Source of the DNA: Longimicrobiales bacterium
GTDB lineage: Bacteria; Gemmatimonadota; Gemmatimonadetes; Longimicrobiales; Gaopeijiaceae
DNA: 64,000 nt
Assembly (NCBI GenBank): GCA_965218295.1
Contig: CBDCKN010000006.1
Coordinates: 8,712-72,711, forward strand
Direction: 5' to 3'
The notes under the pieces are model-generated. The model did not search any database. It saw only the letters and a program-made list of their open reading frames with translations, and had not been told where the DNA came from. This document shows positions 31,472-42,710 of this stretch, in pieces; the first letter of the stretch is position 1, and every line of letters starts with the position of its first letter. The position numbers and the translations under genes were made by a program.

Positions 31472-32849
31472 GAGCTAGGATCAAAGGGTGTGTAAAAAGA
31501 GAGGCGACGTACCTTTCCGCTGAGTAATAACCAGCGAACTCCGGGTGACAGCCCGGGGGAAAGGAACGACGCCTCGTGAGGAAGAATACGGTGGGACCCG
31601 AGGGTGAGTCCAGGACGCCCGTGTGGGAAGTTCTGGAAGAAGTGGTTCGGGAGAAGGCGCAGGAGTTCATTCAACAGATCTTGGAGGAGGAAGTCACGGA
31701 GTTGCTAGGGCGAGAGAAGTCAGAGCGCAGGAGGGTGGTGGACGCGACCGAGGGCTACCGCAACGGATACGGCAAGCCGAGGCGGCTGGCGATGAGCTCG
31801 GGCACGATCACACTCCGACGCCCTCGAGTTCGAGGCCTTGAGGAGCGGTTCGAGAGCCGCGTGCTGCCGTTGTTCGCGAGGCGGACGAAGGAGCTGGGCG
31901 CTCTGCTTCCGGAGCTGTATCTGCACGGACTGGCGGAGGGAGACTTCGAGTTGGCGATGCGGGGCCTGCTGGGCGAGGGGGCACCGCTGTCGAAGTCTTC
32001 GATTCGGCGGCTGCGGGCGGGATGGACGGCGGAGTTCGAGGAATGGAGCCAGCGTCGCCTGGAGGGTCGTGAGGTCGTCTACGTGTGGGCGGACGGGATC
32101 TATGTGAAGGCAGGGCTGGAGCGGGACAAAGCGGCGCTGCTGGTGGTGCTGGGTGCCATGCGAGACGGGACGAAAGAGGTGTTGGCCCTGAGAGCGGGCT
32201 ACCGAGAGTCGGTCGAGTCCTGGTCCGAGGTGTTGCGGGACCTGAAGGCACGCGGCATCGAGGCGCCCCGGCTTCTGATGGCGGACGGTAACGCTGCGAT
32301 CTGGGGCGCAGTACGGCAGGTATGGCCTGAGGCGGGTGAGCAACGGTGCTGGAACCACAAGATGAGGAACGTGCTGGACCGACTACCTCAGCGGGAGCAG
32401 GGCGAGGCGAAGGATCTTCTCCGGGCCGTGGTCTACGCACCGAGCCGGGCCGAGGCCCTGAAGGCCCGCGAGGTGTTCGCCCGACGCTATAGGCCGTGGT
32501 ATCCGAAAGCAGTGGACGTACTCGAGGACGACTGGGAGCGGATGGTAGCGTTCTACGACTTCCCCGAGGACCACTGGAAGCATCTACGCACGACGAACGT
32601 GGTCGAGAGCCCGTTCGCCGCGGTACGGCTCAGGACGACAGCAGCGAAGCGGTTCAAGCGGGTCGAGAGCGCTACGGCGCTAATCTGGAAGTTGCTCTTG
32701 GTGGCTGAGAAGCGGTTCCGAAGGCTCGACGCTCCTCACCTCCTCAAGGACGTATTTGAAGGAAGAAAGTTCGAAGACGGAAAGCCCGTCTCACACCAAC
32801 AGCGGAAGAACGCCGCCTAATACGTTTACACACCTATTGACCCAACCTC
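31472..32849 (+). mobile_element. IS256-family insertion sequence, copy 2 (1378 bp, intact)
   Basis: Same TIRs as copy 1; 8-bp TSD AGACCAGG at 31464-31471 and 32850-32857. Confidence 0.96.
31576..32820 (+). CDS. IS256-family transposase (414 aa)
   Basis: Uninterrupted ORF with Mutator-type DDE motifs. Confidence 0.95.
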   Translation: MRKNTVGPEGESRTPVWEVLEEVVREKAQEFIQQILEEEVTELLGREKSERRRVVDATEGYRNGYGKPRRLAMSSGTITLRRPRVRGLEERFESRVLPLFARRTKELGALLPELYLHGLAEGDFELAMRGLLGEGAPLSKSSIRRLRAGWTAEFEEWSQRRLEGREVVYVWADGIYVKAGLERDKAALLVVLGAMRDGTKEVLALRAGYRESVESWSEVLRDLKARGIEAPRLLMADGNAAIWGAVRQVWPEAGEQRCWNHKMRNVLDRLPQREQGEAKDLLRAVVYAPSRAEALKAREVFARRYRPWYPKAVDVLEDDWERMVAFYDFPEDHWKHLRTTNVVESPFAAVRLRTTAAKRFKRVESATALIWKLLLVAEKRFRRLDAPHLLKDVFEGRKFEDGKPVSHQQRKNAA

Positions 32850-32877
32850 AGACCAGGGAGTTCCCGCGATTGTCCAG

Positions 32878-32905
32878 TTGACAGGACACCCGTGGATAAT
32901 AGATT
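32878..32905 (+). promoter_or_regulatory. sigma-70-type promoter of groESL
   Basis: TTGACA (32878-32883), 16-bp spacer, TAGATT (32900-32905), directly upstream of CIRCE. Confidence 0.7.
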
Positions 32906-32914
32906 ACCGGCTGA

Positions 32915-32941
32915 TTAGCACTCGTTCGATGCGAGTGCTAA
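32915..32941 (+). promoter_or_regulatory. CIRCE element (HrcA operator)
   Basis: Perfect TTAGCACTC-N9-GAGTGCTAA upstream of groES. Confidence 0.97.
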
Positions 32942-32991
32942 CAAAACACCGAACTTCAAGTGACCCAATCAGTTAGCAGGAGGCATTTCGG

Positions 32992-33309
32992 ATGGCGACG
33001 AAGGCTGCGACCAAGGCTGCGACCAAGATCAAGCCCCTTGCGGACCGTGTGGTGGTGACGCCCCTCGAGGAAGACGAGCAGATGCGTGGGGGCCTCTACA
33101 TTCCGGACACCGCAAAGGAGAAGCCACAGCAGGGCAAGATCGTGGCAGTAGGACCCGGCAAGCTGTCGGACGAGGGCGTGCGGGTAGAGCCCGACGTCGA
33201 GGTCGGGCAGACCGTCCTCTACGGCAAGTACAGCGGTACCGACGTGACGATCGACGGGGAAGAGTTCCTCATCCTACGCGAATCCGACATCCTGGCGGTC
33301 ATGGGGTAG
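32992..33309 (+). CDS. groES: co-chaperonin GroES
   Basis: [32 protein letters not shown]. Confidence 0.98.
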   Translation: MATKAATKAATKIKPLADRVVVTPLEEDEQMRGGLYIPDTAKEKPQQGKIVAVGPGKLSDEGVRVEPDVEVGQTVLYGKYSGTDVTIDGEEFLILRESDILAVMG

Positions 33310-33367
33310 AGCGTTGAAATCGGCGCGGATTCGGCAACTTTCTATAGAGACACACAGGAGTAGGTAA

Positions 33368-35005
<1,638 letters not shown>

Positions 35006-35094
35006 CGTCTTCGAGACACCATAGTGTCGTAAGGACCGGCACCGGCTTACGAGCACCCCTTCGGGAGGTCGGGAGTCTGTGCCCCCATCCTTCG

Positions 35095-35136
35095 CGGTGG
35101 CCCGGTTACCCTACGGTGGCCGGGCTGTCGTCTTTT
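35095..35136 (+). terminator. intrinsic terminator after groEL
   Basis: CGGTGGCCCGGTTACC-ctac-GGTGGCCGGGCTGTCG stem (with G-U pairs) followed by TCTTTT. Confidence 0.65.
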
Positions 35137-35216
35137 CAGGTGGTGGCTTTTCCTTCCGACTCCACTACCTTTTTTGCCGCCCCAGGCGGCAAGTGAAACG
35201 ACGGAACTGAACGAAC

Positions 35217-37136
35217 ATGGCGGATATCAAGGTGACCCTCCCGGACGGGACGGTCCTGGAGGTGCCTGAGCGATCCAGCGTCGCGGACGTTGCGGCGGCG
35301 ATCGGCCCCGGATTGGCCAAGGCGGCCCTGGCGGGGGAGGTGGACGGCCACACGGTCGACCTCTTCCATACCATCGAGGCCGATGCCAGCCTGAGGATCA
35401 TCACCGATCGAGACCCCGACGCCCTTGCCCTGTTGCGGCACTCCGCCGCCCACGTGCTGGCTACGGCCGTACGCGAGCTGCGCCCGGGTGCGGGGATCGG
35501 GTTCGGGCCGGCCATCGACGACGGCTTCTACTACGACTTCGACGTGGAGAAGCCCTTCACTCCGGAGGATCTGGAGACGTTCGAGGCCAAGATGGCCGAA
35601 GTAGTGGACGCCGACTACGCCTTCGAGCGCCGTATCGTGACCGTTGAGGAGGCCCGAGAGCTCTTCGCCGACGATCCGCTGAAGCTGGAGCGCCTGGAGG
35701 AGTTCAGCGAGGACGAGGTCATCACGGTCTATCGGGACGGGCCGTTCCTCGATCTCTGCCGCGGGCCCCACGTGCCGTCCACCGGCCGACTCAAGCACTT
35801 CAAGCTCCTCTCCGGGGCGGGGGCGTACTGGCGGGGGGACGAGAGCCGCCAGATGCTTCAGCGCATCTACGGTACCGCCTTCTTCAAGAAGTCGGACCTG
35901 AGCGGCTATCTCGAGCGCCTGGAGGAGGCCAAGAAGCGGGACCACCGAGTCCTGGGCCGGGAGCTGGATCTCTTCTCCACCGACGCCCGGGTGGGTCCGG
36001 GCCTCATCCTGTGGCATCCGAAGGGGTCCGTGATCCGCACCGAGATCGAGACCTTCGAACGGGAGCTCGTACTCCGGCACGGATACGACCTGGTGTACAC
36101 GCCCCACATCATGACCGAGAAGCTGTTCGAGATCTCGGGCCACCTGGAGAACTTCAAGGAAGGGATGTTCGGGGCCATCGAGGTGGAGGGCAACGCGTAC
36201 CGTCCCAAGCCCATGAATTGCCCGGGCCACATCGCCATCTTCGAGGCCGACCAGCGGTCCTACCGGGACCTGCCCATCCGGATGGCCGAGTTCGGCACCG
36301 TGTACCGCTATGAGCGGAGCGGCGTGCTCCACGGCATGCTCAGGGTCCGGGGCTTCACCCAGGACGATGCCCACATCTTCTGCACGCCCGAGCAGGTCCC
36401 CGGTGAGATCGAGCGGCTCTTGGATCTGGTGGACGAGATGCTTTCCGCCTTCGGCTATCCGTACACCCTCGCGCTGGCCACCAAGCCCGAGGAGAAGGCG
36501 CTGGGCACCGACGAGGAGTGGGAGTCGGCGGTGAAGGCCCTGGCCGACACTCTCGAAGCTCGGGGTGTGCCATTCGAGTACGACATCGGGGGAGGCGCCT
36601 TCTACGGACCCAAGCTCGACTTCAAGCTCATCGACGCCATCGGCCGGGAGTGGCAGGGCCCCACGGTCCAGCTCGACTTCAACCTGCCGGAGCGCTTCGA
36701 GCTCGAGTACGTGGGCGAGGACAACGAGCGCCATCGTCCCGTCATGCTGCACCGGGTGCTGGTGGGCTCCATGGAGCGCTTCGTGGGCGGGCTCATCGAG
36801 CACTACGCGGGAGCGTTTCCCCTGTGGCTGGCCCCCGAGCAGGTGCGGGTCCTGCCGATCTCGGAGCAGTGGGTCTACTCGGCCAACGAGTTCGCCGACC
36901 AGCTCGACGCCGCGGGCATCCGTGGGAAAGTCGTGAGCCGAGAGACGCTCAGCTACCGCATCCGCGACGCCGAAGTGCACAAGGTCCCCTACATGGCCGT
37001 CATCGGCGAGCGGGAAGCCGAAGCGGGCACGGTGGCCGTACGGAAGCGCGGGGCCGGCAAAAAGCAGGACGTCATCGACCGGGCCCAGTTCATCGCCCAG
37101 CTGGTGGGCGAGGTAGAGAGCAGAACTCTAGGCTAG
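35217..37136 (+). CDS. thrS: threonine--tRNA ligase
   Basis: TGS domain, RHSAAH, DLCRGPH, KPMNCPGH, RVRGFTQDDAH, FYGPK. Confidence 0.98.
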   Translation: MADIKVTLPDGTVLEVPERSSVADVAAAIGPGLAKAALAGEVDGHTVDLFHTIEADASLRIITDRDPDALALLRHSAAHVLATAVRELRPGAGIGFGPAIDDGFYYDFDVEKPFTPEDLETFEAKMAEVVDADYAFERRIVTVEEARELFADDPLKLERLEEFSEDEVITVYRDGPFLDLCRGPHVPSTGRLKHFKLLSGAGAYWRGDESRQMLQRIYGTAFFKKSDLSGYLERLEEAKKRDHRVLGRELDLFSTDARVGPGLILWHPKGSVIRTEIETFERELVLRHGYDLVYTPHIMTEKLFEISGHLENFKEGMFGAIEVEGNAYRPKPMNCPGHIAIFEADQRSYRDLPIRMAEFGTVYRYERSGVLHGMLRVRGFTQDDAHIFCTPEQVPGEIERLLDLVDEMLSAFGYPYTLALATKPEEKALGTDEEWESAVKALADTLEARGVPFEYDIGGGAFYGPKLDFKLIDAIGREWQGPTVQLDFNLPERFELEYVGEDNERHRPVMLHRVLVGSMERFVGGLIEHYAGAFPLWLAPEQVRVLPISEQWVYSANEFADQLDAAGIRGKVVSRETLSYRIRDAEVHKVPYMAVIGEREAEAGTVAVRKRGAGKKQDVIDRAQFIAQLVGEVESRTLG

Positions 37137-37273
37137 GGAGGTCGGGCGGCCCCTGCGCGACCGTCTGGGAGGGGGTAAAGGATGAGAACCAGAGGGTACC
37201 GCTCGTTCCTCTTCAGCTTCTCCTTGAAGAGGTATTTGCCCACGGCGATCTGCTTGCGGTAAGGGACCCTCAT
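37133..37273 (-). pseudogene. N-terminal relic resembling adenosyl-hopene transferase HpnH (46 aa)
   Basis: MRVPYRKQIAVGKYLFKEKLKRNERYPLVLILYPL resembles the recalled HpnH start (..RYPLVLMLEPLFRCNLAC), then breaks off before the CxxxCxxC motif. Confidence 0.6.
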
Positions 37274-37415
37274 CACCTGCCTCTTGGGGATGTGACATTG
37301 CCTGGTAACCGCTACGGTACGCTTTGGATGTGATCCCTGCCAGCCTCACCGACGATCCCCGTTCCCGGGGGTGCCCGCTACCTTGACGGGCCCGGGGATC
37401 TCCGTGATCTTTCTC

Positions 37416-37589
37416 GGGTCCTGAAGCCCTGGGACACGGACAAAACGGAAGTGAGTCGCGCGCGAGTGGCTCCACCTTTCGGTTCCACGGACGATGTGGA
37501 TACCGCCGGGTCGAGGAGAACGGGTGACCGGAGAGGCATGCCCCCGGTGCTTCGTGACCCTTGTGGCCTGGAGAATTCCGGGCTTTTTT
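37416..37589 (+). ncRNA. candidate structured RNA upstream of infC (6S-like sRNA or ribosomal-operon leader)
   Basis: 5' GGGTC-C-TGAAGC-CCTGGG pairs with 3' CCCGG-T-GCTTCG-T-GACCC (ends at 37560); two internal hairpins; followed by a terminator. Confidence 0.45.
37566..37589 (+). terminator. intrinsic terminator or attenuator upstream of infC
   Basis: GCCTGGA-gaat-TCCGGGC followed by T6. Confidence 0.7.
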
Positions 37590-37651
37590 GTTGTGGATGA
37601 GCTGGGGTTTTCGAGGCCTGGGCTCCGCAAACCCTAATGAAGGAGAGGAAG

Positions 37652-38164
37652 ATCAGCGAGCAAAGAGTCCGTGTGAACGATCAGATCCGGATCAGTCCGG
37701 TCCGGTTGATCGACGAAGTGGGGGGGCAGGTCGGGATCGTTTCCATCGAAGATGCGCAGGACCTTGCCCAGGACAGGGGCCTGGATCTGGTGGAAGTCGC
37801 TCCGGAGGCTCGCCCTCCAGTGGTCAAGCTGATGGACTACGGGAAGTTCAAGTACGAGGCACAGCGGGCGGCCCGGGAGGCGAAGAAGAAACAGCACCAC
37901 GTTCAGGTCAAAGAGGTGAAGTTTCGTCCGGGGATCGAGGATCACGACTACGATTTCAAAGTCCGTCATGCTCGACGGTTCCTGAGCGAAGGGAACAAGG
38001 TCAAGCTGACGATGATGTTTCGGGGACGGCAGGTGACGCACCCCGAGTTGGGCCGCGACGTTCTCATTCGGGTCATCGAAGATCTCGAGGACGTGGGAAA
38101 GGTCGAAACCCAGCCGAGTTTCGAGGGGCGTATCATGTCGATGGTTCTGGCACCCCTCAAGTAA
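37652..38164 (+). CDS. infC: translation initiation factor IF-3 (probable ATC start)
   Basis: RVNDQI, GLDLVEVAP, MDYGKFKYE, KEVKFRP, MFRGR; AGGAGAGG lies just upstream of ATC 37652. Confidence 0.95.
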   Translation: MSEQRVRVNDQIRISPVRLIDEVGGQVGIVSIEDAQDLAQDRGLDLVEVAPEARPPVVKLMDYGKFKYEAQRAAREAKKKQHHVQVKEVKFRPGIEDHDYDFKVRHARRFLSEGNKVKLTMMFRGRQVTHPELGRDVLIRVIEDLEDVGKVETQPSFEGRIMSMVLAPLK

Positions 38165-38209
38165 GTGGCCATAGGGGATCCACCCACGGGCCCCAAGGGA
38201 GTAGATGAG

Positions 38210-38407
38210 ATGCCGAAGATGAAGACCAACCGGGGTGCGGCCAAGCGCCTCCGCCGAACCGGATCGGGTAAGATCCGGCGGATGCGGGCGAACAAGAGCC
38301 ACATCCTCACCAAGAAATCAAAGAAGAGGAAGCGCCGTCTTCGTTCTGCCACCTTGGTGAGCAAGGCCGACGAGAAGCGCATGAAGCGACTCCTTCCAGG
38401 GTCGTAG
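38210..38407 (+). CDS. rpmI: 50S ribosomal protein L35
   Basis: [19 protein letters not shown]. Confidence 0.97.
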   Translation: MPKMKTNRGAAKRLRRTGSGKIRRMRANKSHILTKKSKKRKRRLRSATLVSKADEKRMKRLLPGS

Positions 38408-38425
38408 GCGAAAGGAGAGGCTTCG

Positions 38426-38788
38426 ATGCCGAGAGCGACATCGTCTCCCGCTCGCAACAAGCGGAAGAAGAAGATTTTCAAGGCGGCCAAAGGGTACTTT
38501 GGCGGCCGAAAGAACCTATACCGCACCGCCAAGGACGCCGTAGAGAAGGGCTGGGAACACGCATACCGGGACCGCAAGAAGAAGAAGCGCAGCTTCAGGC
38601 GCCTCTGGATCACCCGGATCAACGCCGCCGCCCGCGAGAATGAGCTCTCGTACTCTCGGTTCATGAACGGACTCAAGCGCGCCGGGATCGACCTGGATCG
38701 CAAAGTGCTGGCGGATCTCACCGTGCGCAGTCCGGAGGCCTTTGGTGCCTTGGCGGACCGTGCCAAAGAGGGGCTCGAGGCTGGGTAG
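38426..38788 (+). CDS. rplT: 50S ribosomal protein L20
   Basis: [32 protein letters not shown]. Confidence 0.98.
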   Translation: MPRATSSPARNKRKKKIFKAAKGYFGGRKNLYRTAKDAVEKGWEHAYRDRKKKKRSFRRLWITRINAAARENELSYSRFMNGLKRAGIDLDRKVLADLTVRSPEAFGALADRAKEGLEAG

Positions 38789-38813
38789 TCTCCCTGTACG
38801 CCCATGGTGCGCC

Positions 38814-38849
38814 AGGGGCTTCGCGACGATTCAGTCGCGGGGCCCCTTG
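38814..38849 (+). terminator. hairpin, possible terminator after rplT
   Basis: AGGGGCTTCGCGAC-gattca-GTCGCGGGGCCCCTT; weak U-tract. Confidence 0.5.
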
Positions 38850-38915
38850 CTATTGACGGCTATGGGTATGACCAGCGTAAGTTGTTGCCCTCAACCGAGG
38901 TGAACACGTTCATAT

Positions 38916-39959
38916 ATGAGCGATTTTAACTCTCTCATCGATACCCTCAAGGCTCTCGAGACCGAGGCTCTGGCCGCCATAAAGGCGGCCGCCGACGCAG
39001 ACACGCTGGAGGAGTTGCGCATCACGTACATGGGCCGCAAAGAGGGTCGCATCTCCTCGCTCCTGCGCGGGTTGGGTGCTCTGGACGTGTCGGAACGTCC
39101 CGCGGTGGGCGCCCACGCGAACCGGGTGAAGGAGGCTCTCCAGGAGGCCCTGGAGGAGCGGGAGGGTGAGTTGGCCGGGGAGGCTGCCCCCACCGGTCTC
39201 GCCGAGGATCTCACCCTGCCGGGCCGCGCTCGTTGGAAGGGCGGGATCCATCCGGTCAACCAGGTCGTGGACGAGATCTGGCGGATCTTCCGCGGATTGG
39301 GTTTCGTGCGCGCCCGGGGGCCCGAAGCCGATACGGAGTGGTACAACTTCTTAGCGCTCAACACCCCCCTCGATCATCCTGCGGCCGACGAGCAGGACAC
39401 GCTCTACCTGAAGGACTCGGTGCTCCTCCGCAGCCACACCTCTCCCGTTCAGGTTCGGGTCATGGAGCAGTATCCGCCCCCCATCCGGATTCTGGCCCCG
39501 GGAGTGGTCTACCGGAGGGACACATACGACGCCACCCACACACCCGCCTTCGCGCAGATCGAGGGCCTGGTGGTGGACGAAGGGATCACCTTCGTGGACT
39601 TCAAGGCGACGCTAGCCGAATTCGCCCGCCGATTCTGGGGTCCGGGTACGAAGGTGCGCTTCCGTCCTTCCTTCTTCCCCTTCACCGAACCCAGCGCAGA
39701 GGTGGACGTGAAGCGTCAGCTCATCATGAAGGACGGCACCGGGGTCGAATCCGATTGGATCGAGATCATGGGCGCCGGCATGGTGGACCCCAACGTCCTC
39801 GAGAACGTCGGCTACGACGCAGAGCGCTACACGGGGTTCGCCTTTGGCATGGGGCCGGCCCGAATCGCACTCCTGAAGTACGGCGTGCCCGATCTCCGGA
39901 TGTTTTTCGAGAACGATGTCCGCTTTCTCTCCCAGTTCGCGCACGGAGGGGCTCGATGA
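38916..39959 (+). CDS. pheS: phenylalanine--tRNA ligase alpha subunit
   Basis: LRSHTSPVQ, DATHTP, FPFTEPSAEVD, GFAFGMG. Confidence 0.98.
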   Translation: MSDFNSLIDTLKALETEALAAIKAAADADTLEELRITYMGRKEGRISSLLRGLGALDVSERPAVGAHANRVKEALQEALEEREGELAGEAAPTGLAEDLTLPGRARWKGGIHPVNQVVDEIWRIFRGLGFVRARGPEADTEWYNFLALNTPLDHPAADEQDTLYLKDSVLLRSHTSPVQVRVMEQYPPPIRILAPGVVYRRDTYDATHTPAFAQIEGLVVDEGITFVDFKATLAEFARRFWGPGTKVRFRPSFFPFTEPSAEVDVKRQLIMKDGTGVESDWIEIMGAGMVDPNVLENVGYDAERYTGFAFGMGPARIALLKYGVPDLRMFFENDVRFLSQFAHGGAR

Positions 39960-42415
39960 ACATCTCGTTCGCCTGGCTCGAGGCCATGGTACCGGGCCTG
40001 GAGATGGGCGTCGAGGAGGTGGTGGAGCATCTCGCCACCCGCGGAGCGCCGGTAGAGGGCACCGCGTTCCTGGGCGCCGGGCTGGAGGAGGTCGTCGTGG
40101 CCCGGGTGGAGTCCGTGCGTCAGCACCCGAACGCCGACCGGCTCTCCCTCTGCGAGGTGAATAACGGCGAGGAGACGCTCCAGGTGGTCTGCGGCGCTCC
40201 GGTCATCCACGAGGGCGGATTCTATCCGTTCGCGGGCGTAGGCGTGACCCTGCCGGGCGACTTCAAGCTCGAGCGGTCCAAGATCCGGGGCGAGTATTCC
40301 AACGGGATGCTCTGCTCCGAGAAGGAGTTGGGTCTGGGAAGGGACCAGGCGGGCATCATGCTTCTGACCGGCGAGGTCTCGCTGGGCCAGCCCCTCACCG
40401 AGGCTCTGGCCCTCGACGACGTGCGCTTGGATGTGGAGGTGACGCCCAACCGGGGCGACTTACTGTCCCAAGTGGGAGTGGCCAGGGAAGTGGCTCCGGG
40501 TGGAGTCGACGGCATCGTGCTACCGGCCATCCCTGGCGCCCCGGTTCTCGATCTCGAGGTCAAGACGGGCGAGCTGGAGGTGACGCACGCCGAGGTCGGC
40601 ATCCGCATCGACGAGCCGGAGCTCTGTTACCGATTCCTCGGTGTGATCATCCGCGGCGTGCAAGTGGCCCCGTCTCCGGAGTGGCTGGCCCGGCGACTGC
40701 GGGCCGTAGGACAGCAGTCCATCAACAACGTGGTCGATGCCACGAACTACGTGATGCTCGAGATGGGCAACCCTATGCACGCCTACGACCTCGGAAAGCT
40801 TGAGGGGTCGCGGCTGGTCGTGCGGAAGGCTAAGGACGGTGAGACGATGGAGACCCTGGACGGTCTGGAGCACGAGTTCGAGTCCGAGATGCTCATGATC
40901 TGTGACGCCGCAGTTCCCCACGACATCGGTGGCATCATGGGTGGGCTTCACTCGGCGGTGACGGAGGAGACCTCGGAGATCCTGCTCGAGTGCGCTCTCT
41001 TCGAGCCGAAGTCCATCCGGAGGACCCGGCGGGCTCTGGGCATCTCCACGGACGCCAGCTACCGATTCGAGAGGGGAGTCGACCCGGAAGGACACGTCCC
41101 GGCAGTGAAACGGGCCCTTGAGGTCATCCTAGCTACGGCGGGTGGCGAGATCGATGGGCCGATCATGGAGGTGCTGCCACAGCCTTGGGAGCCCTTTTCG
41201 CTGACGCTCCGGCTGGCCCGGGTCGAGCAGGTGCTGGGTGTCCCGCTCGGAGCGGAGGAGATCGAGGGCCTGCTGAAGCCGCTGGGCTTCAGTGTGGAGG
41301 CCGGCGGCGAGGGGGAGCTCGGCCTGATCGTGCCTGGGTACCGGAGCTACGACGTGACCCGTGAGGTGGACCTCATCGAGGAGATCGCTCGCACTCGCGG
41401 GTACGACAGCTTCCCCGACGAGCTGGGTCCCGCCCGGCCGACCACCGTACCGGACCATCCACTCTTCCAGCTCGAGGACGGACTGAGGCATGCGCTCGCC
41501 GGCACCGGGCTCCTGGAAGCCACGAATCCGGCCTTCGCCCCTGAATCCGAAGGAGACGTGGAGATCAGCAACCCCATCTCCCAAGAGGAGAGCCACCTGC
41601 GGAGTGCGCTTCTACCGGCCCTCCTGCGGTGCGTCGAGTACAACTTCGCTCGTGGCGCCCGGGACGTCCGGCTGTTTGAGATCGGGACGGTCTTCCGCGC
41701 GTGTGATTCGGGCGATCCACCTCGCGAGGATCTTCACGTGGCGCTGACCATCACGGGTCGCCAGCGGCCGGCTCATTGGTCCGAGGAAGTGGGCGTGGTA
41801 GACTTCTGGACATTGAAGGGGTTCGTGCACGAGACCTTGGCCGAGTCCGGTTGGGGCGGGGGTTCCGTGAGCCCGAGGGCCGACGCCGCGGAGGCACGCG
41901 GCGAAGGGCCGGGCGCGGCCTTGGACGGTGGACCCGTTACCGGTGACCTGTTCGTGCCTTCAACTACGGTGATCATCTCGGCGTTGGACGGCAGGACCGT
42001 CGGTTCGGCCGGCCAGGTCTGCCCGGACCGGATCGACGCTCCCGCGTGGGCGGGGCCGGTGTGGGCCATGGAGCTCCTCTTGCCCGCCGAGCCCGAGCTG
42101 GAGCGCGCGCCCCCATTCCGGCCTCTCCCGCAGTTTCCGGGGGTGGATCGGGATCTGGCCCTACTCGTCCCCCAGCACGTCTCGGCAGAGTCCGTCCTCG
42201 AGTGCATACGCGGATCGGGTGGCGAACTCCTCGACGAGATCACCATCTTCGACGTGTACCGGGGCGAGGGGGTGGGAGAGGGTGAGCGCTCGCTCGCGTT
42301 CCGTCTCCGCCTCCAGGCGTGGGATCGGACATTGACCGACAAGGAGGTGGATCGGGTGGTCGGGAAGGTCGCAAAAAAACTTTTGGAGGATCTCGGTGTC
42401 GAACAACGCCTCTGA
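39956..42415 (+). CDS. pheT: phenylalanine--tRNA ligase beta subunit
   Basis: ATG 39956 overlaps the pheS stop; HPNADRL, VCGA, TPNRGD, TDASYRFERGVD, RTLTD. Confidence 0.97.
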   Translation: MNISFAWLEAMVPGLEMGVEEVVEHLATRGAPVEGTAFLGAGLEEVVVARVESVRQHPNADRLSLCEVNNGEETLQVVCGAPVIHEGGFYPFAGVGVTLPGDFKLERSKIRGEYSNGMLCSEKELGLGRDQAGIMLLTGEVSLGQPLTEALALDDVRLDVEVTPNRGDLLSQVGVAREVAPGGVDGIVLPAIPGAPVLDLEVKTGELEVTHAEVGIRIDEPELCYRFLGVIIRGVQVAPSPEWLARRLRAVGQQSINNVVDATNYVMLEMGNPMHAYDLGKLEGSRLVVRKAKDGETMETLDGLEHEFESEMLMICDAAVPHDIGGIMGGLHSAVTEETSEILLECALFEPKSIRRTRRALGISTDASYRFERGVDPEGHVPAVKRALEVILATAGGEIDGPIMEVLPQPWEPFSLTLRLARVEQVLGVPLGAEEIEGLLKPLGFSVEAGGEGELGLIVPGYRSYDVTREVDLIEEIARTRGYDSFPDELGPARPTTVPDHPLFQLEDGLRHALAGTGLLEATNPAFAPESEGDVEISNPISQEESHLRSALLPALLRCVEYNFARGARDVRLFEIGTVFRACDSGDPPREDLHVALTITGRQRPAHWSEEVGVVDFWTLKGFVHETLAESGWGGGSVSPRADAAEARGEGPGAALDGGPVTGDLFVPSTTVIISALDGRTVGSAGQVCPDRIDAPAWAGPVWAMELLLPAEPELERAPPFRPLPQFPGVDRDLALLVPQHVSAESVLECIRGSGGELLDEITIFDVYRGEGVGEGERSLAFRLRLQAWDRTLTDKEVDRVVGKVAKKLLEDLGVEQRL

Positions 42416-42710
42416 GAACTCGAACGTCACGCCGGCCCAGGCAATCGAGCGGCTGGAGGAAGTCGTGTCCATGGCCGTCGGGGAGGTCGACCGGCTCCGC
42501 CAGGAACTCGCTCGTATCGAGGCTCAGGGCGAGGAGCTGGAGGCGCTGCTTCGTGGTGTGACGTCCGGAGAAAGAAGCCCACGTGAGATGATCGACCGGC
42601 TCCACATCCTAGAGGAGGAGAATCGCGACCTCCGAACCCGACTGAACCAGGGCAGAGAGGGAGTCGAGCGTCTTCTGGCAAGAATCAAGTTTCTGGAGGA
42701 GCAGAGGTGA
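42396..42710 (+). CDS. zapB: coiled-coil protein, probable ZapB
   Basis: All coiled-coil; lies between pheT and zapA. Confidence 0.65.
   Translation: MSNNASENSNVTPAQAIERLEEVVSMAVGEVDRLRQELARIEAQGEELEALLRGVTSGERSPREMIDRLHILEEENRDLRTRLNQGREGVERLLARIKFLEEQR

Noticed and set aside
39233..39955. N-terminal extension of PheT to 1060 aa
   Set aside because: It overlaps pheS out of frame; the true start is ATG 39956 with GGAGG upstream.
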